NCBI GenBank assembly: GCA_048938105.1
Contig: JBHLMN010000011.1
Span: forward strand, 143,709 to 207,708
Origin: Promethearchaeota archaeon
GTDB lineage: Archaea > Asgardarchaeota > Heimdallarchaeia > Hodarchaeales > Hodarchaeaceae
Length of the DNA: 64,000 nt
Direction of reading: 5' to 3'
A program made the position numbers and the translations under genes. Positions 28,094-38,038 of this stretch are shown one piece after another. The notes under the pieces are model-generated. The model made no database searches and had not been told where the DNA came from. It saw nothing but the letters and a program-made list of their open reading frames with translations. How positions within the stretch are numbered: position 1 is the stretch's first letter; every line of letters begins with the position of its first letter.

Positions 28094-30073
28094 CTAATTG
28101 GGAATGATAAGTATCTCTGCTATCGCATAGATCATCCTACTTGACTTAAATCCTAATCCGATCAAACGGAGTGGGGTATGCTTCTCATCTAATAAAACAC
28201 CGTTTCGCCTATAAGCAAGGATGATAGATTTATTATATGCAATCATTTGGCTGTCAAAATTTTTTGAATAGCCATCTTGAGCTTTAACCTGAACTATATA
28301 TCCTGTTGAAGCTAAATCGTCATTAAAATCATAATTAAACCCAGAATAGTGCGTTCCGCTGTCACCTCCGTCAAAAATGGCAACTATGACATATAATGGG
28401 ATCCCAACATAGGTTACATCCTTATCATCTTCAATAATTGTCAGAGAAGATTTGTGATGTTTACAACTGACTATAGTCAAATATTCTTCAGCAGTTAATA
28501 CAGCTGTATAACTTGAATTAATTTGGTTTGTTAAACTAATTGTCCAATGGAGAGTTGTTGTCGGGATATCGGTGATGATAATTGATTCTATTTTACTGAT
28601 CCATTGATCCATTGAAAGATCTGGTGATACCAACCTTACAGGAAACTCATCCTCGGGTAATGGGAGATTGTTTTTAACATGCGCTAAAATTAAGGAATTA
28701 TTTCGAGTTGTAATTGATGATGGAAGAGTTAAATTCGTTCCATCTGATGAAAAAATAGTAACATTGTATCCTTGAGCTGCCAGAGAGTCATTGAATGTAT
28801 AATGTTCACTACCATCATCTCCATCAACCATAGAGAGAGCGATCCACAAAGGCATACCTTCATAGGTAATTATTCGGCCAGCCTCAGAGTAAGTATGACT
28901 AACATTGTGAACATGATCTCCACAATAAACCACAGAATTGAAATCATCAAGACCAATGGATGTCTGAGAGACACCAGATAAAGTTATTGACCAGTCCGTA
29001 ATACCTGATCCTATTATTATTGTTTTAACATATTTTACCCAAAAATGACCCTCAGAAATAGGCCCTCCGGGACCAAGATAACCCATTCTAAAAGGTCCAC
29101 CATAATCGCTTTGAAGCGGTTCCCCATTTTCTTCATAAATTAATGTTAATGTGAGGTTTTCAAGTCCCCCATGGCCAATTTCAACTCCATTTTCGTCGAA
29201 AAGGGGAACATTTCCAAAGATTTGCGATTTAGTAAAAGTAAAATTATAAAAATCAATAGGTACAACCTTCATGGAAAAATTAGATGAAAAATCAAGTAAG
29301 AGATCTAAAGCAGCAGTCATGTTTACTCCTTTGTAATTGTATGGTCCAACAATAACCCCTGTTGTCTTCAAAAATGCCCCCGAAGCCTCGATAGAAGGAA
29401 GAAGTTGTAATTGAGAATGAGACAATGTAAATTTTTCATTAGGAGTTTCAAATGTGACTTTTTCATTTTCTCTGATAAATTCCAGTTTAGTAACCCATTT
29501 TGCCCAACGAACACTGGCAGCTGCATCCTTGTATTCTAATGATGCTGTTTTCCGTTGATCTTCCGTAGAATATTCCTCATCTGAGGGAAGAAAAACTATT
29601 CGTAACCCATCTTCCCATTTAGGGACTTTTGTATCGTTGAATTCATATGCTAAAATCATCTTTCCTTGAATTCCTTCCCATTCTGACGAGGGGTAAATGT
29701 TTTCATAAGTGAAGATTTGTGTATAATCATCTTCAGAAGTGACAGTCAATATATCACCCTGTTGAATTCCACCGACTTCTTCGGCTAAATCAGAGATTGG
29801 AACACCTCTATAAACCCCATTATGACGCCAATTCCCAAATGAATTCTGACATTTACTTGTTCCACTAATAGATGTTAACTCTTTTATATCTGTGAGAGTG
29901 AATTCTTTAGATTCCCCTGAGACTCCCAGTACTGTCAATCCAATTTCCTGGGTCATTTCTGGTTCAGTACAACCAGAAAGCAATCCAATCAATAGAAGCA
30001 AAAAACTGATTATTATAATAGACTTAAACCTCAAACTAGGTTCACCTATCATTTTCCTACTAAAAATTAACAC
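28094..30073 (-). CDS. Lipoprotein with four tandem molybdopterin-oxidoreductase-like domains
   Basis: Lipobox LLSGC; four units (YRGVPI, YKGVNM, YEGMPL, YVGIPL), each followed by D(G)Y-like, ILAY-like, P.R and W.K-like motifs. Confidence 0.85.
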   Translation of the reverse strand: MLIFSRKMIGEPSLRFKSIIIISFLLLLIGLLSGCTEPEMTQEIGLTVLGVSGESKEFTLTDIKELTSISGTSKCQNSFGNWRHNGVYRGVPISDLAEEVGGIQQGDILTVTSEDDYTQIFTYENIYPSSEWEGIQGKMILAYEFNDTKVPKWEDGLRIVFLPSDEEYSTEDQRKTASLEYKDAAASVRWAKWVTKLEFIRENEKVTFETPNEKFTLSHSQLQLLPSIEASGAFLKTTGVIVGPYNYKGVNMTAALDLLLDFSSNFSMKVVPIDFYNFTFTKSQIFGNVPLFDENGVEIGHGGLENLTLTLIYEENGEPLQSDYGGPFRMGYLGPGGPISEGHFWVKYVKTIIIGSGITDWSITLSGVSQTSIGLDDFNSVVYCGDHVHNVSHTYSEAGRIITYEGMPLWIALSMVDGDDGSEHYTFNDSLAAQGYNVTIFSSDGTNLTLPSSITTRNNSLILAHVKNNLPLPEDEFPVRLVSPDLSMDQWISKIESIIITDIPTTTLHWTISLTNQINSSYTAVLTAEEYLTIVSCKHHKSSLTIIEDDKDVTYVGIPLYVIVAIFDGGDSGTHYSGFNYDFNDDLASTGYIVQVKAQDGYSKNFDSQMIAYNKSIILAYRRNGVLLDEKHTPLRLIGLGFKSSRMIYAIAEILIIPN

Positions 30074-30353
30074 CTGATAGTATATATTTTGATAAAATCA
30101 GGTCGAAGGGATGGTATTGAATTGAGATTTATTAAATTATTTAAGACCAAGTTCTTTTACTCCGACAACACTTAATTCTATCCTTAAAATTTACCTTTCA
30201 ACATGTTAAAGAACATACTTGATCAAATAGAATAAATTATCTAATTGATGATTCTTAGGTTATTTAAATCGACCCTGTTGAGAGGAATATCTTTAAAATG
30301 GAGAAGTATAGCAGAAAAATTCAAAATCTAAACAATAAAGGAGAATGTAAGAT

Positions 30354-30626
30354 ATGGTATATGATATAAAATTGAAAGTAATAAAACAAGAAGGGTATTG
30401 CAACGCAGGACATGAATTAGGGGACGAAATATTCATTTCTTTTGAGAAGAACAAGATAAAAGGGAAAATATGTTTACATGCCTTATATTCGGTGTTACCA
30501 AAAGTATATGCTATGGCATATGGTGCTGAATTTCCATGGTTGGAAGAGCCAGATGTAAATACACACGCGTGTCCTGACGCCCAGAATCCTTTAGTCTTCG
30601 AAGTAAGAAGAATCAGAAAAACTTAA
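30354..30626 (+). CDS. TIGR04076-family small Cys-rich protein
   Basis: GYCNAGHELGD, ICLHAL, ACPDAQNPLVFEV. Confidence 0.85.
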   Translation: MVYDIKLKVIKQEGYCNAGHELGDEIFISFEKNKIKGKICLHALYSVLPKVYAMAYGAEFPWLEEPDVNTHACPDAQNPLVFEVRRIRKT

Positions 30627-30641
30627 TCGCTGTATCACTCG

Positions 30642-31835
30642 TTATAGAACAGGCTCAATTTTCGATTTAATAATTATCCCACGTTTGTTCAGTTCCCTTT
30701 CAAAAATGTCAAATTGGACGTCATTCACAGGAGAAAGAATTCCTTTTTTGGTAATTTGGCCATTTCCTACCATTTGTGCACCAATACTTACTGTATAACC
30801 GACTGTACGACTCATTGCAGTGAAACCTGTTTTTAAATCACGTTTATCAACTAATTGATAGATTATTCGAGTCTTTTTGCCTTGTTTCTTGCCAACAACC
30901 TCAATATGTAATATAGCAAGATCTCTTTCATTTGCTTCTAATTGAAGGTGGGGTGCAAGAATTTTAGCAAGGAATGTTCGTCGGTTAATTTTTGTACCAT
31001 CAATCTCAATTTGTTCATTATCTAAAAGGTGAAGATCCACAACCTTTTTCCAAAATGAGCAATGGCCAGGCCAGCGCATTGTATACCTCCCCATTTGTTT
31101 AATTGATTTGAACTTTTTAGATTTTTCTTCAATACCAATTGATTGGAGGTATTGGAGAGCATCCCCATTTGGAAATGCTTCTAATGTTCCAATATCCTCA
31201 ATATTAATTTCATGGATATTTTCTGAATTAAATATTTCATTTTCTTTTATTGTAACAATTTCACCATTCCTAATTATTCTACTCTTACGAAAATAGGTAT
31301 GCAATACTCCTTCAAAACTCCAGGTGACTTTATATTTCAATGGATTATTAGCAGCTTCCAAAGTAGGAATACCAGCACCATAACTATTTATAACTTCGAT
31401 GTCTTCCAATCCTTTAATTGCTTGTCCTAGTAGTACAAGATCTATTCCTGGATCTAATCCAAATTCAGGTAAAACTGTGATTCCTTTACGTTTAGCTTCT
31501 CCTTCTAAAGCCCTTATTTGGGGAGTAACAGAAAGAGTATTGATTAAGTTTAAACCAAATTTGACTGCAGAAATCGCAATTCTCTCCAAGAACGGTATAG
31601 GGAGTAAATCAATAACAATATCAGGCTTTAAAGACATTAGCTGGTTGATATGATCTTGATTATTTGCATCTAAGAATTCACACCGTACTTTGGAATATTG
31701 GTTATGTTTCACCAATTGTTTTAGTGTATTGATTTCTTTATCTGCAGCAATGATCTCACTTATAGAATCACTATTTACAAGGTCATGGAGTGCAACTTTG
31801 CCTTGTAAACCAACACCAAGAAGGAGAACTTTCAT
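30642..31835 (-). CDS. Saccharopine dehydrogenase / lysine 6-dehydrogenase family protein
   Basis: LLGVGLQG, FGLDPGID, NPLKYKVTWS, TMRWPGH, TAMSRTVG. Confidence 0.9.
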   Translation of the reverse strand: MKVLLLGVGLQGKVALHDLVNSDSISEIIAADKEINTLKQLVKHNQYSKVRCEFLDANNQDHINQLMSLKPDIVIDLLPIPFLERIAISAVKFGLNLINTLSVTPQIRALEGEAKRKGITVLPEFGLDPGIDLVLLGQAIKGLEDIEVINSYGAGIPTLEAANNPLKYKVTWSFEGVLHTYFRKSRIIRNGEIVTIKENEIFNSENIHEINIEDIGTLEAFPNGDALQYLQSIGIEEKSKKFKSIKQMGRYTMRWPGHCSFWKKVVDLHLLDNEQIEIDGTKINRRTFLAKILAPHLQLEANERDLAILHIEVVGKKQGKKTRIIYQLVDKRDLKTGFTAMSRTVGYTVSIGAQMVGNGQITKKGILSPVNDVQFDIFERELNKRGIIIKSKIEPVL

Positions 31836-31930
31836 AGGTGCGATTTCTGAGAATTCTTTTAAAAATGATTTTTCTAAGAACTCTTAACATTTCTTCAAAA
31901 GAAAGCTTCTAAAAAAAAAACTTAAACAGA

Positions 31931-32620
31931 ATGATCAGGGATGAACCCATGATAGAATCCATCAGGAAAATGATTCATTTTCTATTATTTTACCCAATAT
32001 ATTATTACATTTGGTTTAATTTGCTGGGAAAAGATCTCTTAAAAAATTCGCTATTAATACTTATTATAATAATCTTTTTCGGAATAAACTTGCTAGATAT
32101 TGCTATAAGACCAATGAGTGACCCCGAAGAGCTTAAAGATAAATATACTATAATAATATTACTCTTTTTCCTTGGTGGGCCTTTGATTTTGTTACTAGCG
32201 TTTTATGAAAATCAGGCAATCATTTCTCAATATCTACCAATTTATGATAATCTTCTAGTAAGCTATTTGGGAATAATATTAATGATAATAGGTGGGATAA
32301 TTATGCTGAGTAGCCGATATTATCTGAATAAGTATAGCTACGGTGGGGGATCATTATCGGAGGAAAAAGAACAGACATTACTCACGAAAGGCATGTTTAA
32401 AATCATTAGACATCCAATCTATGCAGGAGGATTAATAGTTACAATTGGATTGGAATTGGCTTTTCGAAGCCTGATTATATTATCTCTCCATACAATAATT
32501 TTTTTTATAATATTTCGTGATCGAATGAAACGTGAAGAAATAGTATTACTCAACAAATTTGGAGACGAATATAGAGAGTATATCAATAAAACGAAGAGAT
32601 TAATACCATACATCTATTAA
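31931..32620 (+). CDS. Isoprenylcysteine carboxyl methyltransferase (ICMT/PEMT)-family membrane methyltransferase
   Basis: LLTKGMFKIIRHPIYAG, REE..L..KFGDEYREY...TKRLIP. Confidence 0.88.
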   Translation: MIRDEPMIESIRKMIHFLLFYPIYYYIWFNLLGKDLLKNSLLILIIIIFFGINLLDIAIRPMSDPEELKDKYTIIILLFFLGGPLILLLAFYENQAIISQYLPIYDNLLVSYLGIILMIIGGIIMLSSRYYLNKYSYGGGSLSEEKEQTLLTKGMFKIIRHPIYAGGLIVTIGLELAFRSLIILSLHTIIFFIIFRDRMKREEIVLLNKFGDEYREYINKTKRLIPYIY

Positions 32621-32662
32621 ACTTCTACATGCTGTCAGATTGTTTGAGTTGAATACACTGAA

Positions 32663-33445
32663 ATGATGAGGATTCAAAAACTTATAACAACGACGATACA
32701 ACATTTAATGAAATATCCAAACATAGGAAAAGCCTGTGCGAATTTTTTTGGATACATAGAAGTTCCCATATTAGAATTCAGAAGAGTAGTTGACAAATAT
32801 TTCCGGCCAGGATTCTATAATCAAACAAGTCCAGTTTATAGTCGTTTTTATGGAAGTAGAATTATCCCGATCAAGACAGCATTAGAAGGAACCTACACTA
32901 TTTCACCAACAGAAGAAATCCTTGAAATAATTAAGAGAATTCCAGTATTAGCAATAGGTTATTGTTATTGTCGAACGATTTACCAAAATTGTAATAATCC
33001 AAAATGGACTTGTATTCACGTTGGAAAAGCCAAAAAATTATCTGAAATTAGTAAAAAAACACCTCTGAGATCAAGTAATTACGAGGAAGTTGAAAAAATC
33101 CTTCGAAAAGCTGATGAATTAGGTTTGGTTCATCAATTGATTACGGCTCCCAATAAAAATTATTTCTATGTCATTTGTAACTGCTGCCCTTGTTGTTGCA
33201 CTGTGTTACGAACCGCCAAACGCATATCTAATAGAAGTATGATAATAAAAAGCCACTTTATTGCAGTCCAGGATGAAAATAAATGTAAAAACTGTAAAGT
33301 GTGTGTCAGTCGGTGTTATTTTAACGCAAGAGTTATAATTAATGATAAAATGAAGTTTTATCAAGAGAATTGTGTCGGATGTGGATTATGTGTAAGCTCT
33401 TGTAGTCATGATGCGATAGAATTAAAACGACGAAGAAGTATATGA
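32663..33445 (+). CDS. 4Fe-4S dicluster-domain protein
   Basis: CYCR, ICNCCPCCC, CKNCKVCVSRC, CVGCGLCVSSC. Confidence 0.9.
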   Translation: MMRIQKLITTTIQHLMKYPNIGKACANFFGYIEVPILEFRRVVDKYFRPGFYNQTSPVYSRFYGSRIIPIKTALEGTYTISPTEEILEIIKRIPVLAIGYCYCRTIYQNCNNPKWTCIHVGKAKKLSEISKKTPLRSSNYEEVEKILRKADELGLVHQLITAPNKNYFYVICNCCPCCCTVLRTAKRISNRSMIIKSHFIAVQDENKCKNCKVCVSRCYFNARVIINDKMKFYQENCVGCGLCVSSCSHDAIELKRRRSI

Positions 33446-33456
33446 AGATGAGCTTA

Positions 33457-33477
33457 AATTCAGCCGAGGGCTGAATT
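33457..33477. terminator. Perfect 9-bp hairpin between convergent genes (possible terminator)
   Basis: AATTCAGCC-GAG-GGCTGAATT, 11 bp after the stop at 33445. Confidence 0.4.
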
Positions 33478-33590
33478 ATCGTTTATTAATTATATGGGTG
33501 ATGAAACATTAGTAACAGTTACAGCCAAGAGAATTTCTGTAATCGAGAAAAGTATTATTTTTGATTTATCTAACTCCTCAAGACGAGAAA

Positions 33591-34409
33591 TTATGCCCGA
33601 TTTTGGAGAGAAGACTGGGAGGAAAGATGTTTTAGTCCCCAGACAATGATCACAATAGCAATTGAAATTCCAGCGGCGGAAAATATGATATTAATTGCTT
33701 CGGAGAACGTGAGGGCGGCACCAAGCATAAGAATGCCTAATCCAATAGCCAAGAAAAATAACGGATCATGAGAGGATTGAAGGGAAAAATAGTAGGTTAA
33801 AATCAAAGCAACTATCACAAAACCAACAGGAAAAATAATGTCTATAGCCCCTTCGATTATCATAGAAAGACCAATTGTGAGAATAGAAAAGGCAATCGCC
33901 ACATAAAACGACGGATGACGAGAAGACTCAAGAGAGTAATAATATACAAGAGTCACTCCAACCGCTACAAAACCAGTGGGGAGAATAATATGAGTAGCGC
34001 CTTCAATCATTAAAGAAATCCCAATTGTTAATATACCAAATATAATTGCTATAAAAAAGGAAAAATCACGAGAGGATTGACGGGAGGCGAGAAAGACACT
34101 AGCTATACCAAAGACCATGAACATCAAAGGAAGAACAATATCAATGGAATCAGGAATAAGAGTCGATATGGAAAATGCGATTATACAAATTCCAGCCGCT
34201 AAGGCAACATAATAACTGAGTTGGGTCTTTTGTTGTGGGGACAACCGACGAAATATGAGAGGTTCGCGTACAAGCTGCTGACGGGCTTGTTTCTTCAATA
34301 TTTCAGTCTCACTGAGAGCTGATTGAGTAATATGTAAATTACTACCACACACGGAACAAAATATTGATCCATCCTCATTTTTAGAACCACATTTTTCACA
34401 GAAAACCAT
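33591..34409 (-). CDS. Zinc-ribbon membrane protein with about four 50-aa TM-hairpin repeats
   Basis: FCEKCG...FCSVCG; repeats SSRDFSFFIAI / SSRHPSFYVAI / SSHDPLFFLAI with a 150-bp period. Confidence 0.8.
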   Translation of the reverse strand: MVFCEKCGSKNEDGSIFCSVCGSNLHITQSALSETEILKKQARQQLVREPLIFRRLSPQQKTQLSYYVALAAGICIIAFSISTLIPDSIDIVLPLMFMVFGIASVFLASRQSSRDFSFFIAIIFGILTIGISLMIEGATHIILPTGFVAVGVTLVYYYSLESSRHPSFYVAIAFSILTIGLSMIIEGAIDIIFPVGFVIVALILTYYFSLQSSHDPLFFLAIGLGILMLGAALTFSEAINIIFSAAGISIAIVIIVWGLKHLSSQSSLQNRA

Positions 34410-34680
34410 ATTCAGGACTCCTTACAAGTTATTTCAAGAAATAATAGCTTGAAAAGGTTATATAAGCCACAGTAGACATTAATCAACGTTAATTTAAAAG
34501 ACCTAATTTAAAGGCAATCATAATCCCTCAATTCAATTCTAATACTGAAAAAAGATTATTAAATCATGAATATTCGTCAGATAATTCTGACCATATAAGA
34601 AATAGTGAAATGAATTCATTTCTTCTATCAAATTCACTACATTTATATAAAAAAAGATCCGTTATTTCGTTAATACTTAT

Positions 34681-35574
34681 ATGGAGGCTAACAGTATGAG
34701 TAATGATTCTGAAGAAAGAATAAACGAAGATGATATTTCCATCATTAGAGTATTTATTACCAAACATTCACTCATTTTATTCTTTCTCCTAAGTTATCTA
34801 CTCATGTTTCTACCCGTAGTCTTAATATTTTTTAGATTTTTACCTCTTTTAGATTCATTGTTTTTCTTAATTGCAATATGGAGTCCAACAATTTCCGCTG
34901 TATTTCTTATAGGAATAATTAATGGCCAGATTGGCATCAGGAAGCTTTTCAATGGATGGTTCATTTGGAAAGTTTCCTTGTTCTGGTATTTTGCTGCTGT
35001 TATACTTATTCTAGGACCATTTATTGTTGCATTAATTACTATTCTCTTGGGGGAGGAACCAACAGGAATAGATCCAAGTATGACCATACCTACATTAGTG
35101 CTAGCTTTGATAGTTACTATTCACAACGGCCCTTTGTGTGAAGAAACAGGTTGGCGAGGTTTCGCTCTACCAAAAATAGAATCAAGGTATGGAGCTCTGG
35201 GAGCTAGCGTTATTTTAGGAATTTTATGGGCATTTTGGCATCTCCCATTATATTTAATCGAGGAGCGAATAAATTTCGTTATATTTGTGCCATTATGTTT
35301 AGCAATTACAATATTAATGACTTGGGCTTATAACAATACAAATGGGAGTCTATTTATTACATTTCTATTCCATTTTTGCTTTAATTTTAGTGCTGGCTGG
35401 ATTACAGGCTATTTAGGCTTAATGGAACCAATGCTGTATTATATTAGCGGAGGAGTAATGATTTCAATATATGTTATTTTGATTATCCTAGTTGAAAAAC
35501 CTGCTAAGTTCTCAAGAAAACCAGCTTCAGAACTACCATTTTTATTTGATACGAATTTATTAGGATCTTTCTGA
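34681..35574 (+). CDS. CPBP (Abi / type II CAAX protease) intramembrane metalloprotease
   Basis: EETGWRG, WAFWHLP, GSL...FHFCFN. Confidence 0.92.
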   Translation: MEANSMSNDSEERINEDDISIIRVFITKHSLILFFLLSYLLMFLPVVLIFFRFLPLLDSLFFLIAIWSPTISAVFLIGIINGQIGIRKLFNGWFIWKVSLFWYFAAVILILGPFIVALITILLGEEPTGIDPSMTIPTLVLALIVTIHNGPLCEETGWRGFALPKIESRYGALGASVILGILWAFWHLPLYLIEERINFVIFVPLCLAITILMTWAYNNTNGSLFITFLFHFCFNFSAGWITGYLGLMEPMLYYISGGVMISIYVILIILVEKPAKFSRKPASELPFLFDTNLLGSF

Positions 35575-35660
35575 GGAATTTTTGTTTCTAACATGATATA
35601 TACTGTAGATACACTTCCTGTTAGCAAGGAAATCTGAGCTTTCCCCTACAATAAAAAGGA

Positions 35661-35984
35661 TCAATCACGTTCGGCCTTTGATAGTTCCAAAGCAGTGCCT
35701 CGAATGCAATAATAGTCCCAGCGGAGAGACATAGTCTTTGTTATAGGGCATTGACCGCATAAACAGCCCTTTTGCTCCTTTATGACCGAGCTTTTCCCTA
35801 AAGCACAAAATGCGAGAGCTGTTTCTCCTGTTCCTTGATTGGTTGGGCATTTACTGCAATAATCTTTGCAGATATACAATACATTCTCAGATGCTCTCTC
35901 CCGATCTGTATCAGACATAACAGCCAACATCTTAAATTTCTCTTCAAATGTGGCTGTAGGGAATCTTTCATCGTTATTTGTCAT
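35661..35984 (-). CDS. DUF2769-family Cys-rich protein
   Basis: CSKCPT, FCALGKS, KGCLCGQCPI, YYCIRG. Confidence 0.82.
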   Translation of the reverse strand: MTNNDERFPTATFEEKFKMLAVMSDTDRERASENVLYICKDYCSKCPTNQGTGETALAFCALGKSSVIKEQKGCLCGQCPITKTMSLRWDYYCIRGTALELSKAERD

Positions 35985-36085
35985 TTAAAACACTCATTTT
36001 TAATCAGGTCGAAATATATCTTTCTAAACATGAAAATATACCTTTAAACAAAGAAACCAAACTTATAGACGAGAATAGTGATTGC

Positions 36086-36107
36086 TTTCACATGAATTCG
36101 TGTGAAA
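36086..36107. promoter_or_regulatory. Near-perfect 22-bp palindrome, candidate transcription-factor operator
   Basis: TTTCACATGAATTCGTGTGAAA (one mismatched pair) between the divergent DUF2769 and CDF genes. Confidence 0.45.
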
Positions 36108-36223
36108 ATTTAAATGGATTTGTCATGAACAAATCTTGCATATGAATGAAACTATACTATTCATAAGTTATCATATCTTTCTGTGAAATATACTTATTTA
36201 TCTAAAAGAAAAGGGATGTCTGT

Positions 36224-37957
36224 TTGTTGTTGAAAGAGATATGGCAAACGTCTTATTTACGCCCGATTTTGATTTATTTAATCATTTCTGTTAGTATAAT
36301 TACAATTGAGATAATATTCATAGGTGAAATCTTTTGGGGATTTTGGATATCTTGGTTAGGGTCATTTTTTGTTGCACGCTATGCATTAAAAGCCCTAGAT
36401 GAACTGTTCAATCAATTTCATGTTACAAATAAACTCAGGAATTTAATAAATCCCTGGATGTTTGCGATTGTTGTATTCATATATTTCAGTTTGATTACTT
36501 TTACTGGATATTTTACTGGAACTGAAGGATCTGCTGCTATTATCAGTAACGTTCTTCTTATGATTTTTATTTTTTTAATAATTATTTCTATTAATCCAGC
36601 AATCCGGATATTTGCAGTAGCATTTCATCGACGGAAGACTGAAATTTTTCCCATTAATCGAATCGAATATGCTGCCATGCGCTGTTTAAAAACTGGTGAT
36701 TACAGTTTTCTGAATTTAAAGAAAAAACTGAAAAATATTTTCAATATTTTCATTCCAAACTTGTATTTTGACGATGAGACATCAGCAGCAGCGATTTATC
36801 ATTTATGTGGCCTTCGGTATGCTGACATTAAAGATAATATTGTTTCATTAACTCAAGATGGAAAAGAACAAATTTTAATCTGGGAAGAGACATTAGAAAC
36901 ACACGATGAAGGTTTTAAAAGGATATTAAATAGTCAAAGTGTTTTAATCAGATCTTTCACATTTTTGTTAGCCCTAAGCCTTCTAAAGATCTTTATTGGC
37001 TTTTTCAATTCAGAATCATTATTCGTTGATGGATTTGAGAATTTCCTCGATGTTATAGCAGTAGTTTTAATTAGTTTAGGTATTAAATACGATAAAGAGA
37101 AAATGGTAAACATCATTATTGCTGGACTAATGTCATTTACAGCGATAACGCTTTTTTATGATTCTTTCTTATTGTTATTTCAGCCAGAACCTATTTCTAA
37201 TTCAATTATTATTATTAGTATTTCTATCATTTCGATTTTTTTGAATACATACCTTCGTACTTTAAAAAATTTCGTAGGGAAAAAGAATCGTAACTCCTCT
37301 CTTGTTGCTAGTGCCATTGATAGTAAAATTAATATTTATATATCTCTAGGTGTGATAATAGGGGCTTTATGCTCAGATTTTGGAACATCCTTTAATATTC
37401 CCGAACTTTATTACTTAGACGCCATAATAGCAATTATTATTACGTTCTTTATTGTGAAGGAGGTCTTTGAGATTATTACAGAATTCATAACAGGACAAGA
37501 AGAGGAGATAGATTATGAGAGTTTTCAAATGAGATATGAACAGACGTTTGAGGAATATATCAGTAAATGGATAATATCAATCCTTTATAAGGGCGAAGAT
37601 GGTGAATTTTCACCTGAGCGATTAAATCAGCACTTTCAAAATTCATTGAAAAAAGGCGAAGAGATATATTCGGACTTCGCTCACTTTGGGTTATACATTT
37701 TTCAGGAAAAAGGGATAGGCTTTATAATCAACAAATTACTTGATCAGAAGTTAATTAATTTATCACAAGAAAAAAAATTAGCAATTACTGAGAAAGGTAA
37801 GTATTTGTACAAAGAATTTTATTCTAAACAACTTATAGAGGATATAGTAGATCCTTTTGATTTTTTCTTTGAATATGAGTACGATATTAGTAATTTATTT
37901 AAAAGAAAGAAAGAAGTTCAAACGAAATTTGGAACACAGATCCCTGTAACATCTTAG
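36224..37957 (+). CDS. Divergent cation diffusion facilitator (CDF)-type membrane protein with extra TM and wHTH-like domains
   Basis: LLKIFIGFFNSESLFVDGFENFLD, VGKKNRNSSLVASAIDS, YLDAIIAIII; wing-like LTQDGK and ITEKGK. Confidence 0.72.
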   Translation: MLLKEIWQTSYLRPILIYLIISVSIITIEIIFIGEIFWGFWISWLGSFFVARYALKALDELFNQFHVTNKLRNLINPWMFAIVVFIYFSLITFTGYFTGTEGSAAIISNVLLMIFIFLIIISINPAIRIFAVAFHRRKTEIFPINRIEYAAMRCLKTGDYSFLNLKKKLKNIFNIFIPNLYFDDETSAAAIYHLCGLRYADIKDNIVSLTQDGKEQILIWEETLETHDEGFKRILNSQSVLIRSFTFLLALSLLKIFIGFFNSESLFVDGFENFLDVIAVVLISLGIKYDKEKMVNIIIAGLMSFTAITLFYDSFLLLFQPEPISNSIIIISISIISIFLNTYLRTLKNFVGKKNRNSSLVASAIDSKINIYISLGVIIGALCSDFGTSFNIPELYYLDAIIAIIITFFIVKEVFEIITEFITGQEEEIDYESFQMRYEQTFEEYISKWIISILYKGEDGEFSPERLNQHFQNSLKKGEEIYSDFAHFGLYIFQEKGIGFIINKLLDQKLINLSQEKKLAITEKGKYLYKEFYSKQLIEDIVDPFDFFFEYEYDISNLFKRKKEVQTKFGTQIPVTS

Positions 37958-38038
37958 TTCAGTCAATGGAGCGATTATATAAAGTAAAAGATAGAAATAT
38001 TAAATTAACAGTCTCAAACCTTTTAGAAATGATGGAAT

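Noticed and set aside
30074-30353. Possible Moco/Wco or cobalamin riboswitch upstream of the pterin-fold operon
   Set aside because: AT-rich, with no convincing stems or consensus blocks by eye; cmscan would be needed to exclude it formally.
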